32,000 nt of DNA, from the NCBI RefSeq assembly GCF_000619845.1, contig NZ_JHUX01000007.1:154562-186561 (forward strand), in the 5' to 3' direction. The position numbers and the translations under genes are program-made. The stretch's first letter is position 1, and each line of letters opens with the position of its first letter. This stretch comes from Alkanindiges illinoisensis DSM 15370 (GTDB lineage: Bacteria; Pseudomonadota; Gammaproteobacteria; Pseudomonadales; Moraxellaceae). A model generated the notes under the pieces. That model did not search any database and was not told the DNA's origin. It saw only the letters and a list, made by a program, of their open reading frames with translations. Below are positions 8,154-16,607 of the stretch, in pieces.

Positions 8154-9896
8154 TTAAACATGATAAGTGCGCTGAATAATGGCTTTGGCATCCACTTCTA
8201 CAGGGAGGCTGCCATAATTATGCATGCCTTGCTGGCCCAGACGCGACAGACAAAATGCAGTAGCCACATAATCCGGAGCATGCTGGAGCAGTAAAGCTGC
8301 CTGTAATACTACTGCCAGCTGGTCGACCACATTGCGGGCACGAAATTCCAGATTTTCCCTATTTTGAAATTCTGCCTGCAAGCGGCTTACTGCCTGGTCA
8401 AACAGCGCATGTTTGCCTAGCGCTAAACTGACTTCTTTAAAATAAGCCTCCACGGTGGCCGGGGTTTTGGTCATGGCGCGTAGCACATCCAGACATTGCA
8501 CATTGCCTGAACCTTCCCAGATGGTATTAATAACAGCTTCACGGTACAGGCGTGGCATGGGGCTGTCTTCCATCACGCCACTGCCGCCAATCACTTCCAT
8601 CGCTTCATAGCTATGATTCGGTGTCCGCTTGCAAATCCAGTATTTGCCAATGGCAGTGGCAAGCCGGGCCAGCAGGCTTTCATGCGAATTCCCTGAACTG
8701 TCCTGTTCTTTTTGATCCAGCGCACGTGCCATACGCATGGTGAGTGCCAATGCCCCTTCATATTCCAGCGTCAGGTCGGCCAGCAGATTTTGCATCAGTG
8801 GCTGGTCAATCAGTGTTTTGCCAAAGGCTGCCCGTTGCCGGCAATGATGAATCGCCTGAATCAGCCCCATGCGCATAATGGCGGTTGAGCCAGTCATGCA
8901 ATCAAAGCGGGTTAAACTCACCATTTCAATAATGGTAGCAACACCACGGCCTTCCTCTCCCACCAGCCAGCCAAAGGCACCGCGAAACTCCACTTCACTG
9001 GAGGCATTGGACACATTGCCCATTTTATTTTTGAGGCGGATCACCTGCAGGCTATTTTTGCTGCCATCTGGTCGCCAGCGCGGCACCAAAAAGCAGGAAA
9101 CACCAGCATCGGTTTTGGCCAGCACCAGAAACAGGTCACACATGGGCGCGGACAAAAACCATTTGTGTCCGGTAATTTCATAATCTTCGCCCGGCCCACG
9201 CTGATGAATTGGAACAGCAACGGTAGTATTGGCGCGCACATCGGAACCGCCCTGTTTTTCGGTCATGCCCATGCCAACGGTCAGGCCGTTTTTCTGGCAA
9301 GCTGGCAAATTCCGTGGGTCATACACCGGACTCAGGATTTTTTCTTCCCACAGCGCGGCCAGTTTCGGTGTGGAGCGAATGCTGGGAATACAGGCGAAAG
9401 TCATGGTGGTGGGGCAAATGTGTCCCGCTTCCACCTGAGCCTGCATTAAAAATTTGGCAGCCCGTGCCACATGCGCACCCGCTACCGGATTAACCCACGG
9501 CAGCGAATGCAACTGGTTGGCAAAGGCTGAACGCATCAGTTCATGATAAGCCGGATGATAATGCACTACATCCACACGATGACCAAAGCGGTCATGGGTA
9601 TCCAGTTCCGGCTTGTATTTATTGGCCAGATAACCTAAGTACAAATAATCACGCGAGCCCGTGAGTGCGCCAAACTGTTTTAAATCATCAATGGCCCAGT
9701 CTGCACCTTCACGTTGTACGGCTTCCTGCAGGGCCAGATCACTGTCAAACAGGTTGATGTCACCCAGCTCAGACGATACATTAAACACCGGATGGGTTTC
9801 AGCCTGTGCTGGGGATTGAACACTCACATAGGGGTAAGCAACCGTTTGGTCTGATCCGGATGCCGGAGTGTTTAAAGTCGGGTTTGGTGGATTCAT
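8154..9896 (-). CDS. aidB: AidB-like acyl-CoA dehydrogenase
   Basis: It resembles E. coli AidB along its length as I recall it (GMGMTEKQGGSDV, GHKWFLSAP, NKMGNVSNASSEVEF, RLYREAVINTIWEGSGNVQCLDVLR). I took the ATG at 9896 because AGGAGG lies 6 nt upstream. The track's first codon is a GTG only 3 nt after that Shine-Dalgarno sequence. Confidence 0.8.
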   Translation of the reverse strand: MNPPNPTLNTPASGSDQTVAYPYVSVQSPAQAETHPVFNVSSELGDINLFDSDLALQEAVQREGADWAIDDLKQFGALTGSRDYLYLGYLANKYKPELDTHDRFGHRVDVVHYHPAYHELMRSAFANQLHSLPWVNPVAGAHVARAAKFLMQAQVEAGHICPTTMTFACIPSIRSTPKLAALWEEKILSPVYDPRNLPACQKNGLTVGMGMTEKQGGSDVRANTTVAVPIHQRGPGEDYEITGHKWFLSAPMCDLFLVLAKTDAGVSCFLVPRWRPDGSKNSLQVIRLKNKMGNVSNASSEVEFRGAFGWLVGEEGRGVATIIEMVSLTRFDCMTGSTAIMRMGLIQAIHHCRQRAAFGKTLIDQPLMQNLLADLTLEYEGALALTMRMARALDQKEQDSSGNSHESLLARLATAIGKYWICKRTPNHSYEAMEVIGGSGVMEDSPMPRLYREAVINTIWEGSGNVQCLDVLRAMTKTPATVEAYFKEVSLALGKHALFDQAVSRLQAEFQNRENLEFRARNVVDQLAVVLQAALLLQHAPDYVATAFCLSRLGQQGMHNYGSLPVEVDAKAIIQRTYHV

Positions 9897-10048
9897 CACG
9901 GGCCTCCTGATTGCTGGTTACTGATTTTCTGTCATTAAATATCGGTCAAGCCTAAGCCAAGGCCACGTTAAACCCAGTGGCAAAAACTGACATTGACCGG
10001 ACAGTCAGCAGATTACGGACATTATTCAGAAGATTGAATTCATAAAGT

Positions 10049-10657
10049 TTATTGTTCAGATTCAGCCTTAATTGTCCCAAATGCAGGTTCAGCCAGCCGT
10101 TGTACATAGTTACGCAGGTCGGTTGGCCATGGCTCGATATAGCGCAGGAAATCTTCTTTCTGACCGGTATATAATGCCCGTGCTGCTGCTTCGTATCCGG
10201 GTGCATTGCCAAGCATGGCATTCATAAAGCGGTCAGTGGCTTCCTGTGCCTGTCTTACTGCAACAGTTGCCTGATCCTGTTTGCGGGCCTGCTCCACCAG
10301 TTTACGCAAGGTCGCTGATGCACCACTGGGCTGGGTTGCCAGCCATTCCCAGTGCCGGGGTAACAGGGTCACTTCGCGTGCTACCACGCCCAGCTTTGGC
10401 CTGCCTGCGCCACGCAATGCTTCGGGTACTGCTGTTTCATTAACCGCATACTGGGTTTGCAATTGAGCCATGAGTGCAGCAGGGCTAATGGTTAAGTCAA
10501 TATCGACCATGCGACCCGTCTGATCATCAAAAATATAAATATTCTGACCCGGCTGCTGTTGCAGGGCACGACTCACTACTACAGCCACATCCCAGGGATC
10601 ACCACTGGCAAATTGCTGGTGATCTTGGAAAGCAGTCCAATGGGTTAAGGTATTCAT
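10049..10657 (-). CDS. DUF2239-family protein of unknown function
   Basis: 202-aa ORF. The segment GRPKLGVVAREVTLLPRHWEWLATQPSGAS matches my recollection of DUF2239, with no other recognisable motifs. Confidence 0.5.
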   Translation of the reverse strand: MNTLTHWTAFQDHQQFASGDPWDVAVVVSRALQQQPGQNIYIFDDQTGRMVDIDLTISPAALMAQLQTQYAVNETAVPEALRGAGRPKLGVVAREVTLLPRHWEWLATQPSGASATLRKLVEQARKQDQATVAVRQAQEATDRFMNAMLGNAPGYEAAARALYTGQKEDFLRYIEPWPTDLRNYVQRLAEPAFGTIKAESEQ

Positions 10658-10688
10658 GTTGTTCTCATTAATTTTTGAGGAAGCTTGC

Positions 10689-10739
10689 TTAATTTACCCG
10701 GATAAAAATAAATAATCAATATTACCCGGGTTAAATTAA
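10689..10739. promoter_or_regulatory. Imperfect inverted repeat, also readable as a direct repeat, in the divergent DUF2239/ADH promoter region; candidate operator
   Basis: TTAATTTACCCGG (10689-10701) pairs with CCCGGGTTAAATTAA (10725-10739). The arms are complementary apart from a single-base indel. AT(T)TACCCGG also occurs twice in direct orientation. Confidence 0.35.
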
Positions 10740-10830
10740 ATAAATTATCAAATGAAAATGTTTAAAAGTTTATGCACAGCAACTGTACAGAAAATCTACT
10801 TATCTAATGCAGGCTTGATGGAACACTGGC

Positions 10831-11976
10831 ATGCAACGAACACATTGGATAATGATCATGCGTGCAACAGCAGCCCTGTTTGAGCGTTCACTTGTTTCCC
10901 TGTCGCGCTATCCCAAAGTCAAGCTGGCCAAAATTGAGCTGGATGAACCACAAGAGTATGAAGTACTGGTCAAAATCAGTAGTTGCGGAATTTGTGGCAC
11001 TGACCATGAAGTCCTCAATGGTGACTTGCCCACAGGCAAACCCTGCGTATTGGGGCATGAAGGCGCAGGCATCATTGAAGCCATAGGCAGCAAGGTGAGC
11101 CAGTTTAAAGTCGGTGATCGTGTCATCATTAGTTTTCCCTCCTGTGGCAAATGCCGCAATTGCCTGCGCGACCAGCCACGCTATTGTGAGCTGGCAGGCC
11201 CGCTATCGTTTGGTTTTCAGCGGCTGGATGGCTCACATGCCATTAGAAAAGCCAATGGCGACAAGCTGTATGGCAATTTTTTCCAGCAATCCAGCTGGTC
11301 AACCCATGCCATTACTCTGGAGCGCAACCTGATTAAAGTGCCTGATAGCATTGATCTGGATTTGATGGGGCCACTGGGGTGCAGTATTACCACTGGTGCA
11401 GGCGCGGTACTCAATGAATTGCAGCCACAAGCGGGCAGCAGCATTGCTATTTTTGGTGGAGGCTCTACCGGACTGGCGGCAGTGATGGCAGCGGTGGTGC
11501 GCGAATGTGAAACCATTATTGTGGTTGATCCCAACAGCAACCGCTTGAAGCTGGCCAAAAAACTGGGTGCTACCCATGTGTTTAAATCGGAAAAAGAAGC
11601 CATTGCGGCCAAGATCCGGTTGTTGACCAAAAACCGGCTGGATTACAGTCTGGATTGTACGCTGGGCGGTAAGATGGTGCCTGCTGCCATGGAATCTCTG
11701 GGAATTCTAGGCGTCTGTGGCATGGTGGGTGGCGGCTCGCCCGTGCATACCTTTAAGCTGAATCATGCCGATACTTTAAATGGCAAGCGATTAATTGGCA
11801 TTGTAGGCGGCGGTGGCAAAACGCCAAATGCGCATCAGCACATCATGCAACTGCATGAGCAAGGCAAGTTCCCGCTGGAAAAACTGGTCAAGTTTTATCC
11901 GTTTAAAAAGATCAATGATGCCATTCGTGACAGTTTTAGCGGCAAGGTGGTCAAGCCCATTTTAAAAATGACCTGA
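10831..11976 (+). CDS. Zn-dependent medium-chain alcohol dehydrogenase of the aryl/benzyl-alcohol dehydrogenase (XylB-like) type
   Basis: Motifs seen are CGICGTDHEV, GHEGAGIIEAIG, the structural-zinc CGKCRNCLRDQPRYC and the NAD fold IFGGGSTGLAAV. The true start may be the ATG at 10852 or 10858 (MRATAALF...). Confidence 0.8.
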   Translation: MQRTHWIMIMRATAALFERSLVSLSRYPKVKLAKIELDEPQEYEVLVKISSCGICGTDHEVLNGDLPTGKPCVLGHEGAGIIEAIGSKVSQFKVGDRVIISFPSCGKCRNCLRDQPRYCELAGPLSFGFQRLDGSHAIRKANGDKLYGNFFQQSSWSTHAITLERNLIKVPDSIDLDLMGPLGCSITTGAGAVLNELQPQAGSSIAIFGGGSTGLAAVMAAVVRECETIIVVDPNSNRLKLAKKLGATHVFKSEKEAIAAKIRLLTKNRLDYSLDCTLGGKMVPAAMESLGILGVCGMVGGGSPVHTFKLNHADTLNGKRLIGIVGGGGKTPNAHQHIMQLHEQGKFPLEKLVKFYPFKKINDAIRDSFSGKVVKPILKMT

Positions 11977-12008
11977 TCAGGCTTGATATTGAAGATAGCT
12001 TATGGCTA

Positions 12009-12059
12009 AGCCCTGTCCAGAGTAATTTTCAGGATAGGGCTGTTATGCCAAATTTTTTT
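12009..12059 (+). terminator. Probable rho-independent terminator of the ADH gene
   Basis: AGCCCTGTCC (12009-12018) pairs with GGATAGGGCT (12032-12041), including one G-U. The loop is 13 nt and a TTTTTTT run follows about 10 nt downstream. Confidence 0.5.
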
Positions 12060-12158
12060 ATCTCACTTGCCGTTACCATAAACATCATAAGGCTCAAATG
12101 TTTTAACAGACAAACATGACATACTTTTCAATAAGTTAATCACAATAGCTATCACATA

Positions 12159-12839
12159 ATGCATAGCCTGTTAATCCACTGGAAAGGTCTAAAACTGTTG
12201 CCTTCAGCATGGTTGCTGTTTTTGCAGTTATTTATTTTCATTTTATCGCCATTGACCACCAAAACAATGAACAGTAACGCGCTGTCGTGGTGCTTGAGTG
12301 CACTGGCTTTGTTGCTCATTGCTGCAATTATCCGGCGCAGTCCCATTTATACCGTCGTAGGCCTGATTTTGGTAATAGCTGCCTTAATCCTGTCCGGCAT
12401 TATTTTATTTGGTGGTGGAACACCGCATATTCAGGTCGCTGCCAATGTCATTGAAGCAGCAGCTTATATCTATGGTGCGTCAGGTTTGCTGATGTATATG
12501 TTTGCTGATAAATACGTTACCCGCGATGAGCTTTTTGCCGCAGCAACTGTTTTTACCCTCTTTGCCTGGGCTTTTGCTTTCTTGTACAGTGCCTGCCAGA
12601 CTCTATTTCCAGCCAGCTTTGTTGCTTTTCATGGTCAGGCCTCAAGAACTTGGCTGGAATTATTATTTTTAAGTTTTAGTGTGCAGTCTGGCACAGGGTT
12701 AAGCGATATTATTCCTGTTTCGTCTGCAGCACGGGTGCTGGTTTCATTGCAGATGTTTGTGGGGGTGATGTATCTAACGCTGGTGGTATCGCGAGTGGTA
12801 ACACTGCAATATATTAAGCATGCACCCAAACGCGATTAA
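12159..12839 (+). CDS. Ion-channel family membrane protein (Ion_trans_2-like pore) with a degenerate selectivity filter
   Basis: It is a multi-helix hydrophobic protein. LFLSFSVQSGTGLSDIIPVSSAARVLVSLQMFVGVMYLTLVVSRVV has the same layout as the prokaryotic K+ channel pore helix, filter (TxGYGD) and inner helix. An alternative start lies at 12267. Confidence 0.55.
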   Translation: MHSLLIHWKGLKLLPSAWLLFLQLFIFILSPLTTKTMNSNALSWCLSALALLLIAAIIRRSPIYTVVGLILVIAALILSGIILFGGGTPHIQVAANVIEAAAYIYGASGLLMYMFADKYVTRDELFAAATVFTLFAWAFAFLYSACQTLFPASFVAFHGQASRTWLELLFLSFSVQSGTGLSDIIPVSSAARVLVSLQMFVGVMYLTLVVSRVVTLQYIKHAPKRD

Positions 12840-12858
12840 TCGTGATAATGCCCAGTCG

Positions 12859-13221
12859 TTAGGCGGTGGTTTCTACGATTACATAATATTTTTCTACCGG
12901 TTCCAGCACTTCAAACATACCGATAAAACCGGGTGGAATAATGCCAGCCTGACCTGCATGAATTTCCACAAACTGACCTTGCGCGTCGTGCAGGCGAACT
13001 GTCCCTTTGATCAGCTGAAAAAACTCTTGTTTGTTGCTGGCAAATACAATGCGCCACGCACCCACTTCACACTGCCAAATGCCACAGCTCATGTTGGGAT
13101 GTTCATACAGGCTAGTAGTCAGCCGTTTTGGATTACCTGCAACAAGACGCTCCGGGCGCGGATAATCTACCGTTGCCGTAGCGTGTACCAGGCCTTGTCC
13201 TGCAATAAAAATGTCTGCCAT
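12859..13221 (-). CDS. Small cupin-fold protein (DUF861-like)
   Basis: 120 aa with a single-domain beta-barrel pattern (GIWQCEVGAWRIVFASNKQEFFQLIKGTVRLHD...GQAGIIPPGF). It starts 17 nt after the trmA stop, so co-transcription is likely. Confidence 0.55.
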   Translation of the reverse strand: MADIFIAGQGLVHATATVDYPRPERLVAGNPKRLTTSLYEHPNMSCGIWQCEVGAWRIVFASNKQEFFQLIKGTVRLHDAQGQFVEIHAGQAGIIPPGFIGMFEVLEPVEKYYVIVETTA

Positions 13222-13238
13222 TAACTTACTATCACCTT

Positions 13239-14324
13239 TTAAAGCTTTTCCAGTAATACCCCGGATTCTACGTGATGGGTATAAGGAAACTGGTCAAACA
13301 AGGCAAACTGGCTAATACGGTGCGTTTGGCTTAATGTCTTTAAGTTGTCGTGCAGGGTGTCCGGGTTACAGGAAATATAGATGATGCGCTCAAACCCTTG
13401 CAGCAGTTTTAAGGTGGCGTCATCAATCCCTGCGCGTGGCGGATCAACAAAGACCGTATCGAAATCATAAGTTTTGAGGTCGATCTTGGCTTCCTGCAAA
13501 CGTCTGAATTCACGCTCACCGTGATAGGCCTGGGTAAACTCTTCTGCGGATAAACGTGCAACCTGAATATTATCAATCTGGTTTTGCGCAATATTCCATT
13601 CAGCCGCATGTACCGATGATTTTGCCAATTCGGTTGCCAATACTTTTCTAAATCTCAACGATAAAGGCAGGGTAAAGTTACCGTTGCCGCAATACAGTTC
13701 CAGTAAATCTTTATCTGAATGTCCTGCCACGCTGCAAGCCCAGTCCAGCATGTGCTGGCACACTTGCGCGTTAGGCTGGGTAAAGCTGCCTTCCACTTGT
13801 TTGTAGATAAATTCCCGGCCTTGAACCTTGAGCTTTTCCACCACAAAGTCATTGCCAACCACCAGTTTTTGACCGCGACTGCGCCCGATAATGCTGATAT
13901 TCAACTGCTCGCCCAATGCTTTGGCGGCTTGTTCCCAGTCTGCGTCCAGCTTGCGGTGGTAGATAAAACTGACCAGCATTTCGCCACTTAAGGTTGCCAA
14001 AAAGCCCACTTCAAACAGGCGTTCTGCTAACACAGGCACAGCTTTAATGGCTGCCAGTAGTTTTGGCATTAAGCTGTTGATGCCTTGGTCTGCAATGGGA
14101 AATTCATCTATACGAATGACTTTCTTCTGCTTGCCATCTGCACTGCGTTCAAACATGGCATAGAACAGGTCATCTTCAATATGCCAGATGCGAAACTCCG
14201 CGCGCATGCGATAGTGTTGTTCTGGGGATTCAAACACTTGCAGGGCAGGCGGGTTATAATCAGCAAATTGCGCGCTGATGCGGTCAATTTTTTCTTGAAG
14301 TTGCAGTTGGTATGGCGAGGTCAT
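13239..14324 (-). CDS. trmA: tRNA (uracil54-C5)-methyltransferase
   Basis: It is similar to E. coli TrmA over the full length ([56 protein letters not shown]). Confidence 0.9.
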   Translation of the reverse strand: MTSPYQLQLQEKIDRISAQFADYNPPALQVFESPEQHYRMRAEFRIWHIEDDLFYAMFERSADGKQKKVIRIDEFPIADQGINSLMPKLLAAIKAVPVLAERLFEVGFLATLSGEMLVSFIYHRKLDADWEQAAKALGEQLNISIIGRSRGQKLVVGNDFVVEKLKVQGREFIYKQVEGSFTQPNAQVCQHMLDWACSVAGHSDKDLLELYCGNGNFTLPLSLRFRKVLATELAKSSVHAAEWNIAQNQIDNIQVARLSAEEFTQAYHGEREFRRLQEAKIDLKTYDFDTVFVDPPRAGIDDATLKLLQGFERIIYISCNPDTLHDNLKTLSQTHRISQFALFDQFPYTHHVESGVLLEKL

Positions 14325-14472
14325 AAGGCCAAGATGTCGAGCAGAAGTTAGGCGGCGAATGGTAGCAAATAAATACGTAACACGCGATAAACTGTTTACT
14401 AAGGCAATGGTATTGAGCGAGGTATCTGCTTTTGTATAAGGCCCGCCAAAAGATATTTTCTACCTGTTTAGG

Positions 14473-14510
14473 TTTACTGACCTGACTGGTCTTTCCTTAG
14501 GTCAAGTAAA
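14473..14510 (-). terminator. Hairpin immediately downstream of the catalase-family gene; possible terminator
   Basis: TTTACTGACCT (14473-14483) pairs with AGGTCAAGTAAA (14499-14510) to give an 11-bp stem with one bulge. No clear T-run follows on the - strand. Confidence 0.3.
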
Positions 14511-14520
14511 ATTACTGTCA

Positions 14521-15699
14521 TTATTCAGGTTCCTGACGAACTACAGAATTAGCCTGATGTCTGACCCGGCTGATATGGTCATAAATCACCTTACGCATCC
14601 GGTTGGTTGCGCCTAAAGGCCGATGCTCAGGTAGCGCATGCCAGGGTGAGAATGACAGGTTTTCACAAAACTGGTTTTGCGCTGGTGTGTCAAATGTTTG
14701 CTGTGGAATGGTCAGGGTTGCCACCTTATAAAATGGCGCATCACTTTCTTTCCATTCGGTCATCGAGTCTTCCACGGACAGCGCAGTAGACGTGCGCGGC
14801 TGCACCAGAAACTCCATGCACACATCAGCATTATTCAGGCTTTGCTTTAAGGCACCGCGCAAATAGTTGTGGTCTGGCTGTGCAGGAATGGCGTCCTGCT
14901 TGGCAATACAGGGCCGTACTGAATACTTCACGGCATTTCGGTTTGCACCTGTACCCAATTGATAAGGCACCATTGACCAGTAACGGGCTTGCAGCGGATT
15001 GGCAATTCTGGAACGGGTGGTTTGAAAGGCAATCTTGCTGCCTTTAAAGCCCAGTGAAAAAGGAATCTGGAGCTTTTTTAAAAAACCGCCATTAATATCT
15101 TTCATCAACGCCAGATAGCGCTCGGGTTCATTGGCAAAAAACACCGGATGGTTAATTAAAATAAAATCCTGCGTGCTGGCCTGTGCTTCATCTTCCAGTA
15201 GTTTTTGCCCCGGAACATTCATCACCTTAATGGCCATGCCGCGTGCATCGCGCTTGATGTCGGCACGATCCGGTTTTGGCGAGCCATTGGAAAACCGGAT
15301 CCATGCTGGATAGCTGTGCCCCGGTTTAAACATGCCCTGACTTAACGACACAGGCAATTGATCTAGCACCTGAAATTGTGCCTTAACGCAGCCATGGGCT
15401 TTGGGGTGCACATCACGATGCGCCTGTCCCTGGCTATCGCGTTTACGGATCAGCTTTTCAAGCTCCATGCCAATTTGCTGGGCATAATCGGCTTCATGCG
15501 GATAAAGCATTTCACCCAGTTGCGCGTCGGCAACCGGATAGGGCAAGGGTGATGTGGGCGTTATTGCTTGGCTTGCCCCAGTTTCCAGTTTGTTTTCTGC
15601 TTCTATAGCAGCATAGCTTAGGCTACTGGCCATCAGGCTACAAAACGGTAAGGATAATATAAACGCTGAGTAAAATCGGACTTCCCTGCGTGTAAGCAT
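14521..15699 (-). CDS. Secreted catalase-related haem protein (short catalase-family protein)
   Basis: There is an N-terminal signal peptide (FILSLPFCSLMASSLSYA|AIE). Catalase-core-like motifs include the RDVHPKAHGCVKAQF distal-His region, IRFSNG...RDARGMAIKV and a proximal RKVIY tyrosine motif. GGAGAAG lies upstream of the ATG. Confidence 0.7.
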   Translation of the reverse strand: MLTRREVRFYSAFILSLPFCSLMASSLSYAAIEAENKLETGASQAITPTSPLPYPVADAQLGEMLYPHEADYAQQIGMELEKLIRKRDSQGQAHRDVHPKAHGCVKAQFQVLDQLPVSLSQGMFKPGHSYPAWIRFSNGSPKPDRADIKRDARGMAIKVMNVPGQKLLEDEAQASTQDFILINHPVFFANEPERYLALMKDINGGFLKKLQIPFSLGFKGSKIAFQTTRSRIANPLQARYWSMVPYQLGTGANRNAVKYSVRPCIAKQDAIPAQPDHNYLRGALKQSLNNADVCMEFLVQPRTSTALSVEDSMTEWKESDAPFYKVATLTIPQQTFDTPAQNQFCENLSFSPWHALPEHRPLGATNRMRKVIYDHISRVRHQANSVVRQEPE

Positions 15700-15846
15700 T
15701 TTTCTTCTCCATATTGCTGTGTTCAGCTGCCCTGATTAATGTCTTTACAGGGGCATTTATTGTTGCAATATAAGTGAAAAACCTGAGCTAAGTTAAAAAC
15801 TTACAGAATTGATGCATGAAACAACAAAAAGTCTTTTTAGATATTC

Positions 15847-15879
15847 ATAAAAAACGACTCAAATTTAAGCTTGAGCCGT
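15847..15879 (-). terminator. Rho-independent terminator of the DsbC-like gene
   Basis: The minus-strand RNA is ACGGCUCAA-gcuuaaau-UUGAGUCGU, a 9-bp stem with one G-U. UUUUUUAU follows it. Confidence 0.6.
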
Positions 15880-15993
15880 TAAGCAAAATGCCTTGAACCA
15901 GAAACGACTGGCAAAAATTTGTTGGTAGGTGAGCAGACTGCGACGTTTAATCAATAGTGTTGTAACAGCTGCTAGCCGCACTTTTTAGTCTAT

Positions 15994-16449
15994 CTAATCC
16001 AGTAAAGGATCAATATCCTCAGCAGAAGCAGCGCCTGTTATTAATTTGCCGCTGGACAGTATCAGGGTGGGTGTGCCATTGACACCCAGCGCTTGACCAA
16101 GTTGCAGATTGGCTTCAACTGGAGTATCACAGTTTCCGGCATTGTCTGGCTTAAGCTGCTGGGTCAGATAATCACGCCAGGCGCTGGTCCGATCCGGCGA
16201 ACACCATATTTTACGGGTAATTTGTTCTGCTTTTGGATGCAATTGCGTCAGGGGAAACGGAAAAACATGGATAGTGACATCGTCCAGTTTGGCCAGTTCA
16301 AGTTCCAGCCGTTGGCAATAAGGGCATTCAGGGTCACTAAACACGGCAAGTTGTCGTGAACCATTGCCTTGTTTAAATTCAATGGCATGTTGAAACGGTA
16401 GCTCATTAAAGTTCATGGCTGAGTACATCTTATTGGAAAAAGGAAGCAT
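15994..16449 (-). CDS. DsbC/DsbG-type thioredoxin-fold domain protein lacking a signal peptide and the N-terminal dimerisation domain; possibly a truncated gene
   Basis: The CPYC active site, a second Cys pair (WCSPD...GNCD) and the cis-Pro region GTPTLIL are all present. It corresponds only to the C-terminal catalytic domain of E. coli DsbC. An in-frame TAA lies at 16486-16488, and the next gene is only 155 bp away. Confidence 0.6.
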   Translation of the reverse strand: MLPFSNKMYSAMNFNELPFQHAIEFKQGNGSRQLAVFSDPECPYCQRLELELAKLDDVTIHVFPFPLTQLHPKAEQITRKIWCSPDRTSAWRDYLTQQLKPDNAGNCDTPVEANLQLGQALGVNGTPTLILSSGKLITGAASAEDIDPLLD

Positions 16450-16607
16450 CAAGTAATAAGGAACGAGGCTAACATTGTCAAAACCTTAGGGTAATCTTTT
16501 GTTTTGAATTGTACGGGTTAATATCAGCACTCGGCACCGCATTAATGAAGTCATTAGTTTTAAATTTAAAAGCATTAACTTGCTTTTTTCTTTTCTAGAA
16601 CATTGAT

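Noticed and set aside
8552-9449. Plus-strand ORFs of 63-104 aa inside the aidB-like gene, and similar ones inside the ADH, trmA and catalase genes
   Set aside because: They are antisense to strongly supported genes. None has a Shine-Dalgarno sequence or a recognisable motif.
9952-10221. 89-aa minus-strand ORF spanning the aidB/DUF2239 gap
   Set aside because: It overlaps the 3' end of the DUF2239 ORF out of frame. The rest is intergenic DNA containing a short hairpin plus T-run (about 10000-10025, minus strand) that more likely terminates DUF2239.
12820-13224. 134-aa plus-strand ORF overlapping the cupin gene
   Set aside because: It is antisense to the cupin ORF, which has a Shine-Dalgarno sequence and a coherent beta-barrel pattern. 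The product is Cys/His/Phe-rich and looks like nonsense.
15812-15896. Small plus-strand ORFs (12 and 26 aa, MKQQKVFLDIHKKRLKFKLEPLSKMP) in the gap between the catalase-family and dsbC-like genes, considered as a small toxin or peptide
   Set aside because: They have no Shine-Dalgarno sequence. The ORFs are antisense to the minus-strand terminator hairpin (15847-15879), which explains the sequence better.
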